A program made the position numbers and the translations under genes. The notes under the pieces are model-generated. The model had not been told where the DNA came from. It did not search any database and saw only the letters and a list, made by a program, of their open reading frames with translations. 64,000 nt of DNA, taken from assembly GCA_021513695.1 (NCBI GenBank), contig CP084166.1, positions 1,440,001 through 1,504,000 of the forward strand. Direction: 5' to 3'. This DNA is from Candidatus Heimdallarchaeum aukensis (GTDB lineage: Archaea > Asgardarchaeota > Heimdallarchaeia > Heimdallarchaeales > Heimdallarchaeaceae). Positions within the stretch are counted from its first letter, which is position 1. Each line of letters starts with the position of its first letter. Shown here in pieces: positions 46,359-55,156 of the stretch.

Positions 46359-48347
46359 ATGAAGTCAATAATTAAAAAAACCAGTATATATATTAAAAAA
46401 TTGTTTCAAACAATTGATGTCCCTCAAGGTAAAATAAGAGGTCTTAAGAAACCTATACTTAACAAATGGTACCATCACTTAATGAGAGTAATTATTATTT
46501 ATTTGATAGCAGCTATTGTGGTCTTTCCTGTTTACTATGGAATAAAAAATGTTGATAATTACCAATATGATAAAAATAGAACATCACCACCAAAATTGAT
46601 ATATTCTTTGGATTTAACAGATTATGCAAATGTACCAAAATATGAATGGTTTAGTGGGGATATTATTTTGCAATTTGACTGCGATAATGACTCTATTAAT
46701 GAGATTATAACTTCGATCATGGCAACTAGCAAAGATGGAAGAAAAAAAGAAACAATTGTGCTCGCATTAGATCCGCTAGAAGGTTCTATTCTTTGGACTT
46801 TCAAAACAAAAACACAAGTGTATCCACCATCTATATTAGATAGTAATAGGGATGGTATTCCAGAACTCATAATTAACTATAGTGAAAATGGGCTAAACGA
46901 AGGATTATGTGCATTAAATGTAAATAATGGTTCAATTCTGTGGAAAAAATATTATGTATCACATTTCAGGTATTATTACATTCTGACAGATATAGAAGGA
47001 GATGGAAAGTATGAGATTGTTTTGACCAGTACAGATTATGGCCATATTAGAATTTATAACGCGTCTAATGGCGATTTTTTATGGTCTTCAAACGAGATTA
47101 TAGAAAATACAATTTATGGTCATATCTTTAGCAATCCTCCAGCTATAGCTGATGTGGATAACGATGGTATAAAGGAAATAATTGCCGTTTCAAATTTTAA
47201 TACCATTTACGCGTTGAATAGTCTTTCAAACTCGATTCTCTGGGAGTTTAATGCAACGTTTTGGACTGTTTATCCTCCAATTGTTGGTGATTTAAATAAT
47301 GACAACAAATCAGAAGTAATTTTTGGATCTTATGATGGATTTGTTTATGTTCTAGATGGAATAAGTGGGTCACTTATTTGGAAATATAATACAAAATCAC
47401 GATTTGGAATAGTGATGAGTCCTTCACTTGGAGACATTAACAGTGATGGAATAATTGATATTATAGTGAGCGACTCCGATAATGTTATTCATGCAATAGA
47501 TGGAAATTCAGGAAGCCGTTTATGGTGTTTTTATGTTGAAAATATATACTCCTCACCCACGATAGGAGACTTCGATGGGGATAAAAGATTAGATGTGGTG
47601 ATAAAAACAGAAGAAAAAATTCATGCAATAAAAGGAAATAATGGTAAATTATTATGGTCAATTCCACTAGATGCTTATTTAATCAGCGCATCAGTACCTA
47701 TTTTTATAGTAGACGTGGACGAGAAGAAAGACATGGAAATAGTCACTTTAGAAGATAAAAAATCGACAAATGATACTTTTCTTAACATTTATGACTTTGA
47801 ATCTGAAAAATACATTCATTCATATTGGAATCCTTTTGGAGGGAATACAGGAAGAACAAACAGCTTGGTGGAAGTAGATAGAGATAATGATGGTTTATCC
47901 AATAAATACGAAAAATATATTGGAACAAAGTATAATGAAAAAGATACAGACAAAGATAAACTACCAGACTGGTACGAGCACATATGGACAAAAACTGACC
48001 CAACAATAGAAGATACAGATAAAAATGGAATCACAGACAAAGAAGAAGACCTAGATGGAGACAAACTGACAAACTATGAAGAACTAAAAAAAGGAACAAA
48101 CCCACTAAAAAAAGATACAGACAAAGATCTAATAAAAGACAATAGAGACCCAAATCCACTATACCCAGAAGAATGGATATTTTATAGTGCCTCTCTTATA
48201 ATTTTCAGCTTCATTACAGTAAAGATTATTTTACGTAAAAAAAGAAAAAGAAAAGGAAATACTACTCCGTATTTTGTTTGCAAATATTGTGGTCATTCTT
48301 CAAAAGAGGAAGATATTAGATACTGCCCAGAATGTGGAAAAAAGTAA
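46359..48347 (+). CDS. PQQ-repeat beta-propeller membrane protein with thrombospondin-type-3-like Ca-binding repeats, C-terminal TM anchor and cytoplasmic zinc ribbon
   Basis: N-terminal TM. At least seven 'GS/NG.(I/L)LW' PQQ-like blades (DGSILWTFKT, NGSILWKKYY, NGDFLWSSNE, SNSILWEFNA, SGSLIWKYNT, SGSRLWCFYV, NGKLLWSIPL). D-x-D-x-D-G repeats ('DRDNDGLSNKYE', 'DTDKNGITDKEEDLDGDKLTNYEE', 'DTDKDLIKDNRD'). TM 'IFYSASLIIFSFITVKIIL', then 'CKYCGH...YCPECGKK'. Confidence 0.7.
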   Translation: MKSIIKKTSIYIKKLFQTIDVPQGKIRGLKKPILNKWYHHLMRVIIIYLIAAIVVFPVYYGIKNVDNYQYDKNRTSPPKLIYSLDLTDYANVPKYEWFSGDIILQFDCDNDSINEIITSIMATSKDGRKKETIVLALDPLEGSILWTFKTKTQVYPPSILDSNRDGIPELIINYSENGLNEGLCALNVNNGSILWKKYYVSHFRYYYILTDIEGDGKYEIVLTSTDYGHIRIYNASNGDFLWSSNEIIENTIYGHIFSNPPAIADVDNDGIKEIIAVSNFNTIYALNSLSNSILWEFNATFWTVYPPIVGDLNNDNKSEVIFGSYDGFVYVLDGISGSLIWKYNTKSRFGIVMSPSLGDINSDGIIDIIVSDSDNVIHAIDGNSGSRLWCFYVENIYSSPTIGDFDGDKRLDVVIKTEEKIHAIKGNNGKLLWSIPLDAYLISASVPIFIVDVDEKKDMEIVTLEDKKSTNDTFLNIYDFESEKYIHSYWNPFGGNTGRTNSLVEVDRDNDGLSNKYEKYIGTKYNEKDTDKDKLPDWYEHIWTKTDPTIEDTDKNGITDKEEDLDGDKLTNYEELKKGTNPLKKDTDKDLIKDNRDPNPLYPEEWIFYSASLIIFSFITVKIILRKKRKRKGNTTPYFVCKYCGHSSKEEDIRYCPECGKK

Positions 48348-48748
48348 CTAACAGCTTCTTAAAAAAAAGCAAGCCTAAACGTTTTTTTCCTTGATTTTTT
48401 ATCCTTATAATACTTCCGAATTATCGTAAAATTTATGTTTGTGGCAGATTTGATTTATTCGGTAATGAGAGTATTACTATTCTCTATCCTCCTCTTTTTA
48501 TTCTGAGCATTTATGTGGTCCAACTCTTTTCTTGGTTCTTTTTGCCTTCTCTTTTTTCTCCCTTCCTTCTTTTTTTGTTCTTGTTTATACTTTCGTTAGG
48601 ACTAAGAACCCGAAGCGTCCTTAATTTCTTTTCCTCTCTTCTTTTATTACTATTTTATTGGGAATACATTCTTTCTCAAGAAAAGAAAATAAAGACTTTG
48701 ACATCTTGAGATAAATTTATATCTCTAGTATGCTTCATTTTTTATACC

Positions 48749-50650
48749 TTGAACAAAAGTAAATTCCCCTACAAAGGATATTGTGGAAAAATAATAGAAG
48801 TGGATTTAACAGAAGAAAAAGTAGAAACAAAAGATCTTGAGGTAGAAGTAGCTGAACAGTACATAGGAGGAAGAGGGCTAGCTATCCGCTATCTAATTAA
48901 AAATCTCAAACCAAAAATTGACCCCCTGGGAGAAGAAAATATACTGGTAATAAGCACGGGGCCGCTAACAGGCACTCTAGCTCCTTCTTCAGCAAGATAT
49001 ACAATAGCAACAAAATCTCCACTCACGGGAGTAATAGGCTACGCTAACTCGGGAGGACATTTTGCCCCAGAGTTAAAATACGCAGGCTATGACGCCATAA
49101 TAATAAAAGGAAAAGCGAAAAGTCCAAAATATTTGCTTATTCAAGATGAGAAAGTAAGTATAGAAGATGCTTCCCACTTATGGGGAAAGGATACTTGGGA
49201 AACAGATAAAATACTGAAAAGTGAGTATGAATCTTCTAATTTACAGATTCTGTCTATTGGTCAAGCTGGAGAGAATAAGGTCTTATATGCTGCAATAATG
49301 AATAATTTGTCTAGAGCTGCAGCTAGGACTGGTGTTGGAGCTGTTATGGGGTCAAAAAATCTCAAGGCCATTGCTGTTTCTGGTTCAGGATTTGTCGAGG
49401 TACATAACCCTGAGGAATTTATTGAATTTACTAATAAAACATTAGAAAAGATATATGATGACCCTGCTTATCCAAGTTTATCGGATTATGGGACAAGTTT
49501 TTTAGTTGATTTAGCCTATTTAGGAGGAGGATTAGCTACAAACAACAACCAGTTTGGTGTATTTGATGGTTATGATGGTATTTCAGCAGAAACATTTTAT
49601 GAAAAATATAAGGTGAAATCAGATAGTTGTTTTGCATGCCCGATACATTGTGGGAAGTATTCAAAAGTGGAAGAAGGAAAATATGCAGGCATTGAAGGTG
49701 GAAGTCCAGAATATGAATCAATTGTTTGTTTAGGGTCAAAATGTGGCATAGGAGATTTAGCTACAATAATCTATGCTAATGATCTATGTAATAGATATGG
49801 GTTAGACACAATATCATTGGGTGACACAGTTGCTTTTGCTATGGAAGCGTATGAAAAAGGAGTTCTAAAAAAAGAAGATACAGATGGAATTGATTTAACA
49901 TGGGGAAACCAAGATGCACTAATTGAGCTAATCCATAAAATAGCTAGAAGAGAGGGATTTGGAGATCTATTAGCAGATGGAACAAAAATAGCTTCAGAAA
50001 AAATCAATAAGGGATCAGAAGAATATGCATTACATGTTAAAGGTATGGAACCACCAGCATATGATGTAAGAACAGCGAAAGCTTTTGGTTTAGGTTGGGC
50101 TACAGCTAACAGAGGAGCAGACCATTTATCTGCATTACCTAATTTCGAATTGTTAGGTTATCCAAAAGAGAAAGGTGTAGAGTGGTTTGGTTCAGAAAAA
50201 GCAGTAGACCCTTATGCTTGGGAAAGTAAAGCAAGAATGACAGTTTGGCATGAAAATTTTGGCGCTGTAGTAGATTCCGCAGAGATGTGTAAATATACTT
50301 GTTTTTCAGCTTATGCAGTAAAACCAGACGATATGACCAAGTTTTTGTCTTATGCAACAGGAATGGAACTTAGCGAAGAAAAAGTAATGGAGATTGGAGA
50401 GAGAATTTACAATCTAGAAAGATTGTTCAATGAAAGAGAAGGAAAAGCTAAAGATTCTGATTATTTACCTAAAAGATTTACAGAAGAACCTTTGCCCAGT
50501 GGCCCAGCTAAAGGACAAGTAGTAGAACTGGATAAAATGTTAAAAGAATACTATGAAATAAGAGGATGGGTTAACGGTGCTCCAAAAAAGGAAAAACTGA
50601 AAGAACTGGGAATAGAACAATTTGCAACAAAAAAGGAGGAGGAAAAATGA
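48749..50650 (+). CDS. aor: Tungsten-containing aldehyde:ferredoxin oxidoreductase (AOR family)
   Basis: N-terminal 'GYCGKIIEVDLTEEKV', 'GSKNLKAIAV', Fe-S ligands 'CFACPIHCGK', 'GLDTISLG', and the C-terminal helical domain. TTG start per track (no in-frame ATG before the conserved N-terminus). Confidence 0.85.
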   Translation: MNKSKFPYKGYCGKIIEVDLTEEKVETKDLEVEVAEQYIGGRGLAIRYLIKNLKPKIDPLGEENILVISTGPLTGTLAPSSARYTIATKSPLTGVIGYANSGGHFAPELKYAGYDAIIIKGKAKSPKYLLIQDEKVSIEDASHLWGKDTWETDKILKSEYESSNLQILSIGQAGENKVLYAAIMNNLSRAAARTGVGAVMGSKNLKAIAVSGSGFVEVHNPEEFIEFTNKTLEKIYDDPAYPSLSDYGTSFLVDLAYLGGGLATNNNQFGVFDGYDGISAETFYEKYKVKSDSCFACPIHCGKYSKVEEGKYAGIEGGSPEYESIVCLGSKCGIGDLATIIYANDLCNRYGLDTISLGDTVAFAMEAYEKGVLKKEDTDGIDLTWGNQDALIELIHKIARREGFGDLLADGTKIASEKINKGSEEYALHVKGMEPPAYDVRTAKAFGLGWATANRGADHLSALPNFELLGYPKEKGVEWFGSEKAVDPYAWESKARMTVWHENFGAVVDSAEMCKYTCFSAYAVKPDDMTKFLSYATGMELSEEKVMEIGERIYNLERLFNEREGKAKDSDYLPKRFTEEPLPSGPAKGQVVELDKMLKEYYEIRGWVNGAPKKEKLKELGIEQFATKKEEEK

Positions 50651-51075
50651 TAAAGAGGATCTTTGCGGATACAAAAAGATGCAATGGATGTAGAATATGT
50701 GAATTAAGATGTTCGTTTGAACATGATAGAGTCTTTGGTACAAAATTGGCAAGAATAAGAATAATAATGAACGAAGAACAAGGAGAATATAAACCTAATA
50801 CATGTAGGCTATGCTATAAATGTATTAAGGCATGCCCTGAAAATGCAATATCAAAAAACGAAAAAACGGGAGCAATAAAAATAGATCATGAACTTTGCAC
50901 AGGTTGTGGAAAATGTGTAGAAGCATGTCCATTTAATGTAATGTTCCTTCATCCAATAAAAGAAAAGGCAATAACATGTGACCTATGTGAAGGAGATCCT
51001 CAATGCGTGAAATACTGTCCAGAGAAGGTATTATTTTACACAACATCACAAGAGTTCAAAAAATTAACAAACTAA
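50647..51075 (+). CDS. Polyferredoxin (4x CxxCxxCxxxCP clusters), AOR electron partner
   Basis: 'CNGCRICELRC', 'CRLCYKCIKACP', 'CTGCGKCVEACP', 'CDLCEGDPQCVKYCP'. Start overlaps the AOR stop (ATGA). Confidence 0.85.
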   Translation: MIKRIFADTKRCNGCRICELRCSFEHDRVFGTKLARIRIIMNEEQGEYKPNTCRLCYKCIKACPENAISKNEKTGAIKIDHELCTGCGKCVEACPFNVMFLHPIKEKAITCDLCEGDPQCVKYCPEKVLFYTTSQEFKKLTN

Positions 51076-51111
51076 ACAAATGTAATTAATTCAGATAAAA
51101 AACTGAATTAA

Positions 51112-51402
51112 TCAACCTCCAGCAATAGCAGGAACAATAGCAACTAAATCTCCATCTTTTAATTTTGTAGAAAGACCATGTAATAAATTAATATTGCGAC
51201 CATTTACAACAATACGCCATTGAGGTTTTATAACACCTTCATCAAGCATTAACTCATCGAACAAACTTCTCCCAAAAAGAGAAAATAGTTTTTGTAGGAG
51301 ATCTTCTATGGAATCAGAATTAAGATCCATCTTTCTTTGACCAATAAGTTGTTTAATCTTAGAATAGAATAAAACGGTTATAGAAGGAAGAGAAGAACTC
51401 AT
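51112..51402 (-). CDS. MoaD/ThiS-family ubiquitin-like sulfur-carrier protein ending in Gly-Gly
   Basis: 96 aa. C-terminus '...LKDGDLVAIVPAIAGG*' (classic 'dGDevailPPvsGG'). Confidence 0.75.
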   Translation of the reverse strand: MSSSLPSITVLFYSKIKQLIGQRKMDLNSDSIEDLLQKLFSLFGRSLFDELMLDEGVIKPQWRIVVNGRNINLLHGLSTKLKDGDLVAIVPAIAGG

Positions 51403-51518
51403 TAAAGAAATATTAATCTAAGGAAATATTAATTTAACGAAGGGATTCAAAAAAAGCATTTTAGAACAGGAAAAATAAAAAATCAAGAATAAAAAGAAAA
51501 ATAAAAAAACTATTGCCA

Positions 51519-52094
51519 TTAAAAAAGGAAAGAATCAACCCAAGTAACAAAAGGTAAAAAGAAATTGGATAAAGCATTACGAATAATGAAGAAAAAACTA
51601 CCAATTAAGCCACCGATAACAGTTCCACCAATAATGTCAACGAAATAATGAACACCAGTAGCTATACGACCATAACCAACAAAAAACAACCAAATAAGAA
51701 AAATCCAACCTATAGCAGGAAAGAAAAGAACCATAATTACGGAAAGACAACCCATACGACCAGCATGACCGCTAGGAAAACTGAATAAATCACCCTTACC
51801 AACAAGGTCGGGAGGAATTTCGTCAACAGGACGCTTGCGACGAACAGTAAACTTGAGAAGCATAACAATAAGAAAAGTAGCACCCATAGCTAACCACTGA
51901 ATAAGAAGCTCAATTCTATTAATCGGCTTGTCAAAAATAAAACAAACAATACTAAAAAGAAACCAAGGTAAGGTATTGCCCGACTGAGCGGATAGTCGAG
52001 CAAAACGTTTTTTGTTTTCGGACGTTTTGGAGATATAGTAACTGATTGTTTTATCCCAATTACTTATTCGAGTTTTAATAGAACTAAATTTCAT
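51519..52094 (-). CDS. PAP2-family (type 2 phosphatidic acid phosphatase) membrane phosphatase
   Basis: 'KFTVRRKRP' (KxxxxxxRP), 'FPSGHAG' (PSGH) and 'TGVHYFVDIIGG' (SRxxxxxHxxxD-like), with multiple TM helices. Confidence 0.75.
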   Translation of the reverse strand: MKFSSIKTRISNWDKTISYYISKTSENKKRFARLSAQSGNTLPWFLFSIVCFIFDKPINRIELLIQWLAMGATFLIVMLLKFTVRRKRPVDEIPPDLVGKGDLFSFPSGHAGRMGCLSVIMVLFFPAIGWIFLIWLFFVGYGRIATGVHYFVDIIGGTVIGGLIGSFFFIIRNALSNFFLPFVTWVDSFLF

Positions 52095-52797
52095 CTTTAC
52101 GGTTCTAAAAAATTAAAAGATGTTTTTTAACTTTATGTCTGTACTAAAAGTTCGTTAAAAAAAAGTCGGAAAAAAGAAAAAAAGAAAAAAAAAGAAAAGT
52201 AAAGAGATAATAAAAAAACAAAAAATGAAGAAAAAATAATTCAAGTGGAACCATAAAAAGTCAGTAACTAGCGCACTTATTTTTTATAATCACTGAAGAA
52301 CGAAAATATTGACAACAGAAGAAGAAGTGTTTAGAATGTTATACGATGACGTAAGAACTCAAATAGAGATAGATAGGATAGTAGTAATGAGTGATGTAGA
52401 CATAGCTAAAAAAATGATGCACAATTATATGATAAAGCTTAGGAAGGTATACTAGAATTAGGAGGAAGTAGTTTCTATACAAAAGTGTTTAGTGTAAAAA
52501 ATAGCTCAAAGATTAAACAAGTTATCGCTAGGTTTCTCTTCGATAACGAAAATTACAGACTAACTGATTCTAAAGCGCAAGAGTGATAGCTAGCGTGATC
52601 AATCTTGAGGGAATTTTACAGCTCAACCCTCCTTATTCAAATGAAAATGAATAATAATTTCAAACCATATTTCTTTCATCCCATTTTTTTTGTTTTAGTT
52701 TAATTTTATTTAATTAATATTCTTTTAGTTTATTTCAAAAAACCAAATCTCAAGAATTCAGCACCTTCAAGGCTTGTAACTTCAATATTTGAAAAAG

Positions 52798-52918
52798 TGG
52801 TCGGGGCTTTGAGATTCGAACTCAAGACCTGATGGTTTCAACGCTGACGACTTGATCATTGTTCACAAGCGCGATTTCTCTACAGCCATCCGCTCTAGCC
52901 AAACTGAGCTAAGCCCCG
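52798..52918 (-). tRNA. tRNA-Tyr (anticodon GUA) with a ~43-nt intron 3' of position 37; CCA encoded
   Basis: Reverse complement reads CGGGGCT-TA-GCTC-AGTTTGGCTA-GAGC-G-GATGG-CTGTAG[intron AGAAATCGCG...GCGTTGAA]A-CCATC-AGGTC-TTGAG-TTCGAAT-CTCAA-AGCCCCG-A-CCA. It has the archaeal/eukaryal Tyr C1:G72 pair, U33 and anticodon GTA. Confidence 0.8.
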
Positions 52919-53596
52919 TGTTATTTGAGTTTTACCTTCCACAGTAAATTTGTTTATTCTTACTATCAACTTGCTTTGGTTTTAGCTTTCTATTTTTTTT
53001 TCTTGTCTTTTCTTCTTAAATTTTTCTTTTAATGCCCACTTTTTTTTGGGTATATAAACAGATAAGATTTTTTATTCTCTTAAGGAGCAATTTTTTCCTT
53101 TTTGCTAGTAGATAGTACAAAAACTAGATACTACTGCTCACAGTCATTGCGTCTTGTTCTCTCTTTGTAAAAACTGTTTTGACTGATGAATCCGACTTGT
53201 CTCCTCATCTTTTTTTTTCTTACAAGAAACAAATTTATCTTTAAATTTTTTCTATGACTTTTTCTGAAAAGGAGTATTGTTAACAATGATTAAAATAAAA
53301 GTCATTCTTTTTAACAATATAATAAAAAATGTACCTTGTTCCAAAGAATCATTTCGGAGGAAGTAAGGGTGAATAGTGCTACTTTTCAGTTTAGATGTAT
53401 TTCTTAAGAACCTTTTAAGAACCCCTCCTAATTTATAATTTTACACCGTGAAAAGATAAGCAGAGACATTAAATTATGAGTTTACGTAGACAAAAAAGTG
53501 AAAACGATTAACACAAAGGGTCTTAAAAGTGATAAAAAATATTTTTTCAACAAGAAAGGAAAAAAAAAATTTATTGAAGTGCCAAAAAAGCAAATC

Positions 53597-54220
53597 ATGA
53601 GTAGTTTAAAACTTGAAAACGTAGAAAAACTAAAAATAAATTACTTCAATTGGAAAAATGAAACCACTTTTATCAATAAGATATTACTCAGTATAATAAT
53701 GGCTTGTTTAACGGGATTGTGTGCTCAAATAAAATTCTACCTTCCTTTTACTCCTGTTCCTATCACAATGCAAATCTACGCTGTTTTTCTTTCAGTTTTT
53801 TTGTTAGGTAAATATTGGTCTGGAATAAGTCAACTACTTTATGTTAGCTTGGGTATTATTGGCATACCTTGGTTTGCTAACGGTAAAGGTGGCTTAGAAA
53901 TCATTTATGGTCCTACAATTGGTTACTTGATGGGTTTCATTTTTTCTTCTTTTATACTAGGAATACAAATTGACAATCAAATACGAAAAAAAAGAAAGTT
54001 ATACCTTGTATTAAGCCTTCTCTTTTCCAATCTGTTTTTTATATACGGATTAGGTTTATTCTGGCTAAAAATCTGGTTTGAAATTTTTCAACAACAAAAC
54101 GTTTCAATTATCGAGTTGCTTAAGATGGGTTTATTGCCTTTTATTCTCGGAGATTTACTAAAAGTAATTTGCTCAGTTTTTACTGGAGGACTTATCTTAC
54201 CCAAAGAATTGAATGAATAG
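53597..54220 (+). CDS. bioY: BioY-family biotin transporter S-component (ECF-type)
   Basis: 'LPFTPVPITMQIYAVFLSVFLLGKYWSG...GIIGIPWFANGKGGLEIIYGPTIGYLMGFIFSSFILG' matches BioY ('VPiTlQtfav...lGlPvFagg.gG...l.GPTGGYL.GF'). Start set at the ATG at 53597; the track ORF has a Lys-rich 33-aa leader from 53498. Confidence 0.75.
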   Translation: MSSLKLENVEKLKINYFNWKNETTFINKILLSIIMACLTGLCAQIKFYLPFTPVPITMQIYAVFLSVFLLGKYWSGISQLLYVSLGIIGIPWFANGKGGLEIIYGPTIGYLMGFIFSSFILGIQIDNQIRKKRKLYLVLSLLFSNLFFIYGLGLFWLKIWFEIFQQQNVSIIELLKMGLLPFILGDLLKVICSVFTGGLILPKELNE

Positions 54221-54323
54221 AAATAATACTAAATACCATTTGTATTTTTTCTTGATTCATTTTCATTTAAGCTGATTTTTATCACATTTTCTTTTTCCTT
54301 TAAAATTACCTTTTTAAACCCCT

Positions 54324-55089
54324 GGTAGTGTCTAGTTTTTATACCACCTCCTAGGTAAAAAGGAACTAAGGGGAGGATGTCCCAAGCTCTGATGAGGACG
54401 AACGAAATTATAATGGAGCATAAAGAGAGTAAGAAAACCAGAAAGATGAGTAGAGCCATAGACGGCACGGATAGGACAAGTGCAGTGGAGAATAGAATGA
54501 AACCAACGATAACTCTTAAGAGTAGCATTAAAACGTTCAATATAGGAGCGTAAACCACCTTTGATAACGGAGATTTTGATACCTAGACGAAGTAAGACAG
54601 GATACCATACTCCTGCATCTGTAACGACAATACGGGGCTTAAAACCCCAACATTTGAACCAATAACGGAAAGTTAGTAAACATTCAAGATTACTCCGTCC
54701 TTTAGTAATACTAAAACCCAGTAAAGTTTTATTGTAAGGAAGGATCTAATGCGAACCACAGATATATTGAGCCTTGAGAGGTCTTAATCTCTGTTTCATC
54801 TACTACTATAATCTCTGGTATTCCCCCTCTCTCTGCTACAACTCTATGTAAACTTTCCCTAAAGAGCCTGAACTTCTTTACTAATACCATAATGTTTGGT
54901 GTGTTAAACCATTCTTCCATGCAACGGTCCTCAAACCATTCTTTGAACCAATATATTCATAAATAGCTTTTATTATTATCTTTTTGGGGACTCTGCATCT
55001 CTTAAAAAGAGTAGATAGTTTTTGAATGTTCATATCTTACTATTAGAGTCCCCACAAATATTTTTGTCGGAAAAAAACTAGACACTACC
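54324..55089 (-). mobile_element. IS6-family insertion sequence (766 bp) with perfect 17-bp terminal inverted repeats and a 9-bp target-site duplication
   Basis: Left inverted repeat GGTAGTGTCTAGTTTTT at 54324-54340; right inverted repeat (reverse complement identical) at 55073-55089. Flanking direct repeat TAAACCCCT at 54315-54323 and 55090-55098. Internal minus-strand reading gives an IS6-like N-terminal HTH ('FKRCRVPKKIIIKAIYEYIGSKNGLRTVAWKNGLTHQTLWY', cf. IS26 'iIlwAVrwY...vdHsTiyRWv'), then 'VVDETEIKTSQGSIYLWFALD' (cf. 'DETYVKV.G.w.YLYRAiD'), then '...IERFN..LK...YNFIRPHQSL' in other frames. Confidence 0.8.
54330..55060 (-). pseudogene. IS6-family DDE transposase, disrupted by at least two frameshifts
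   Basis: The HTH segment (55060 down to ~54908, ending in a stop), the DDE N-region ORF 54729..54920 and the C-terminal region (~54330-54700) are in three different frames. The 54229..54558 hydrophobic ORF is an alternate-frame artefact. Confidence 0.65.
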
Positions 55090-55156
55090 TAAACCCCTTA
55101 AAGAAAAAGTTTTAAATATCCTATATATTCAAGCTTGAAGGTGCAGTCGATTAAAG

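Noticed and set aside
48515-48709. 64-aa ORF in the PQQ-protein / AOR intergenic region
   Set aside because: Sits in a pyrimidine-rich low-complexity tract (poly-Leu/Phe/Ser translation), with no start context and no motif. Most likely non-coding promoter/terminator DNA.
54324-55089. Alternative classification of the IS as an IS3/IS481-type (rve) element, because of the 'YNFIRPHQSL' and 'ERFN' motifs
   Set aside because: The element is 766 bp long with a ~240-aa single-ORF transposase, a short N-terminal HTH closely matching IS6 ('iIl.Av..Y...vdHsTiyRW'), and 'DET.IK..G..YLW.A.D'. IS3/IS481 elements are >1.1 kb with larger or two-ORF transposases. The IS6 DDE domain itself belongs to the rve clan, which explains the shared motifs. 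Family-level assignment still deserves an ISfinder check.
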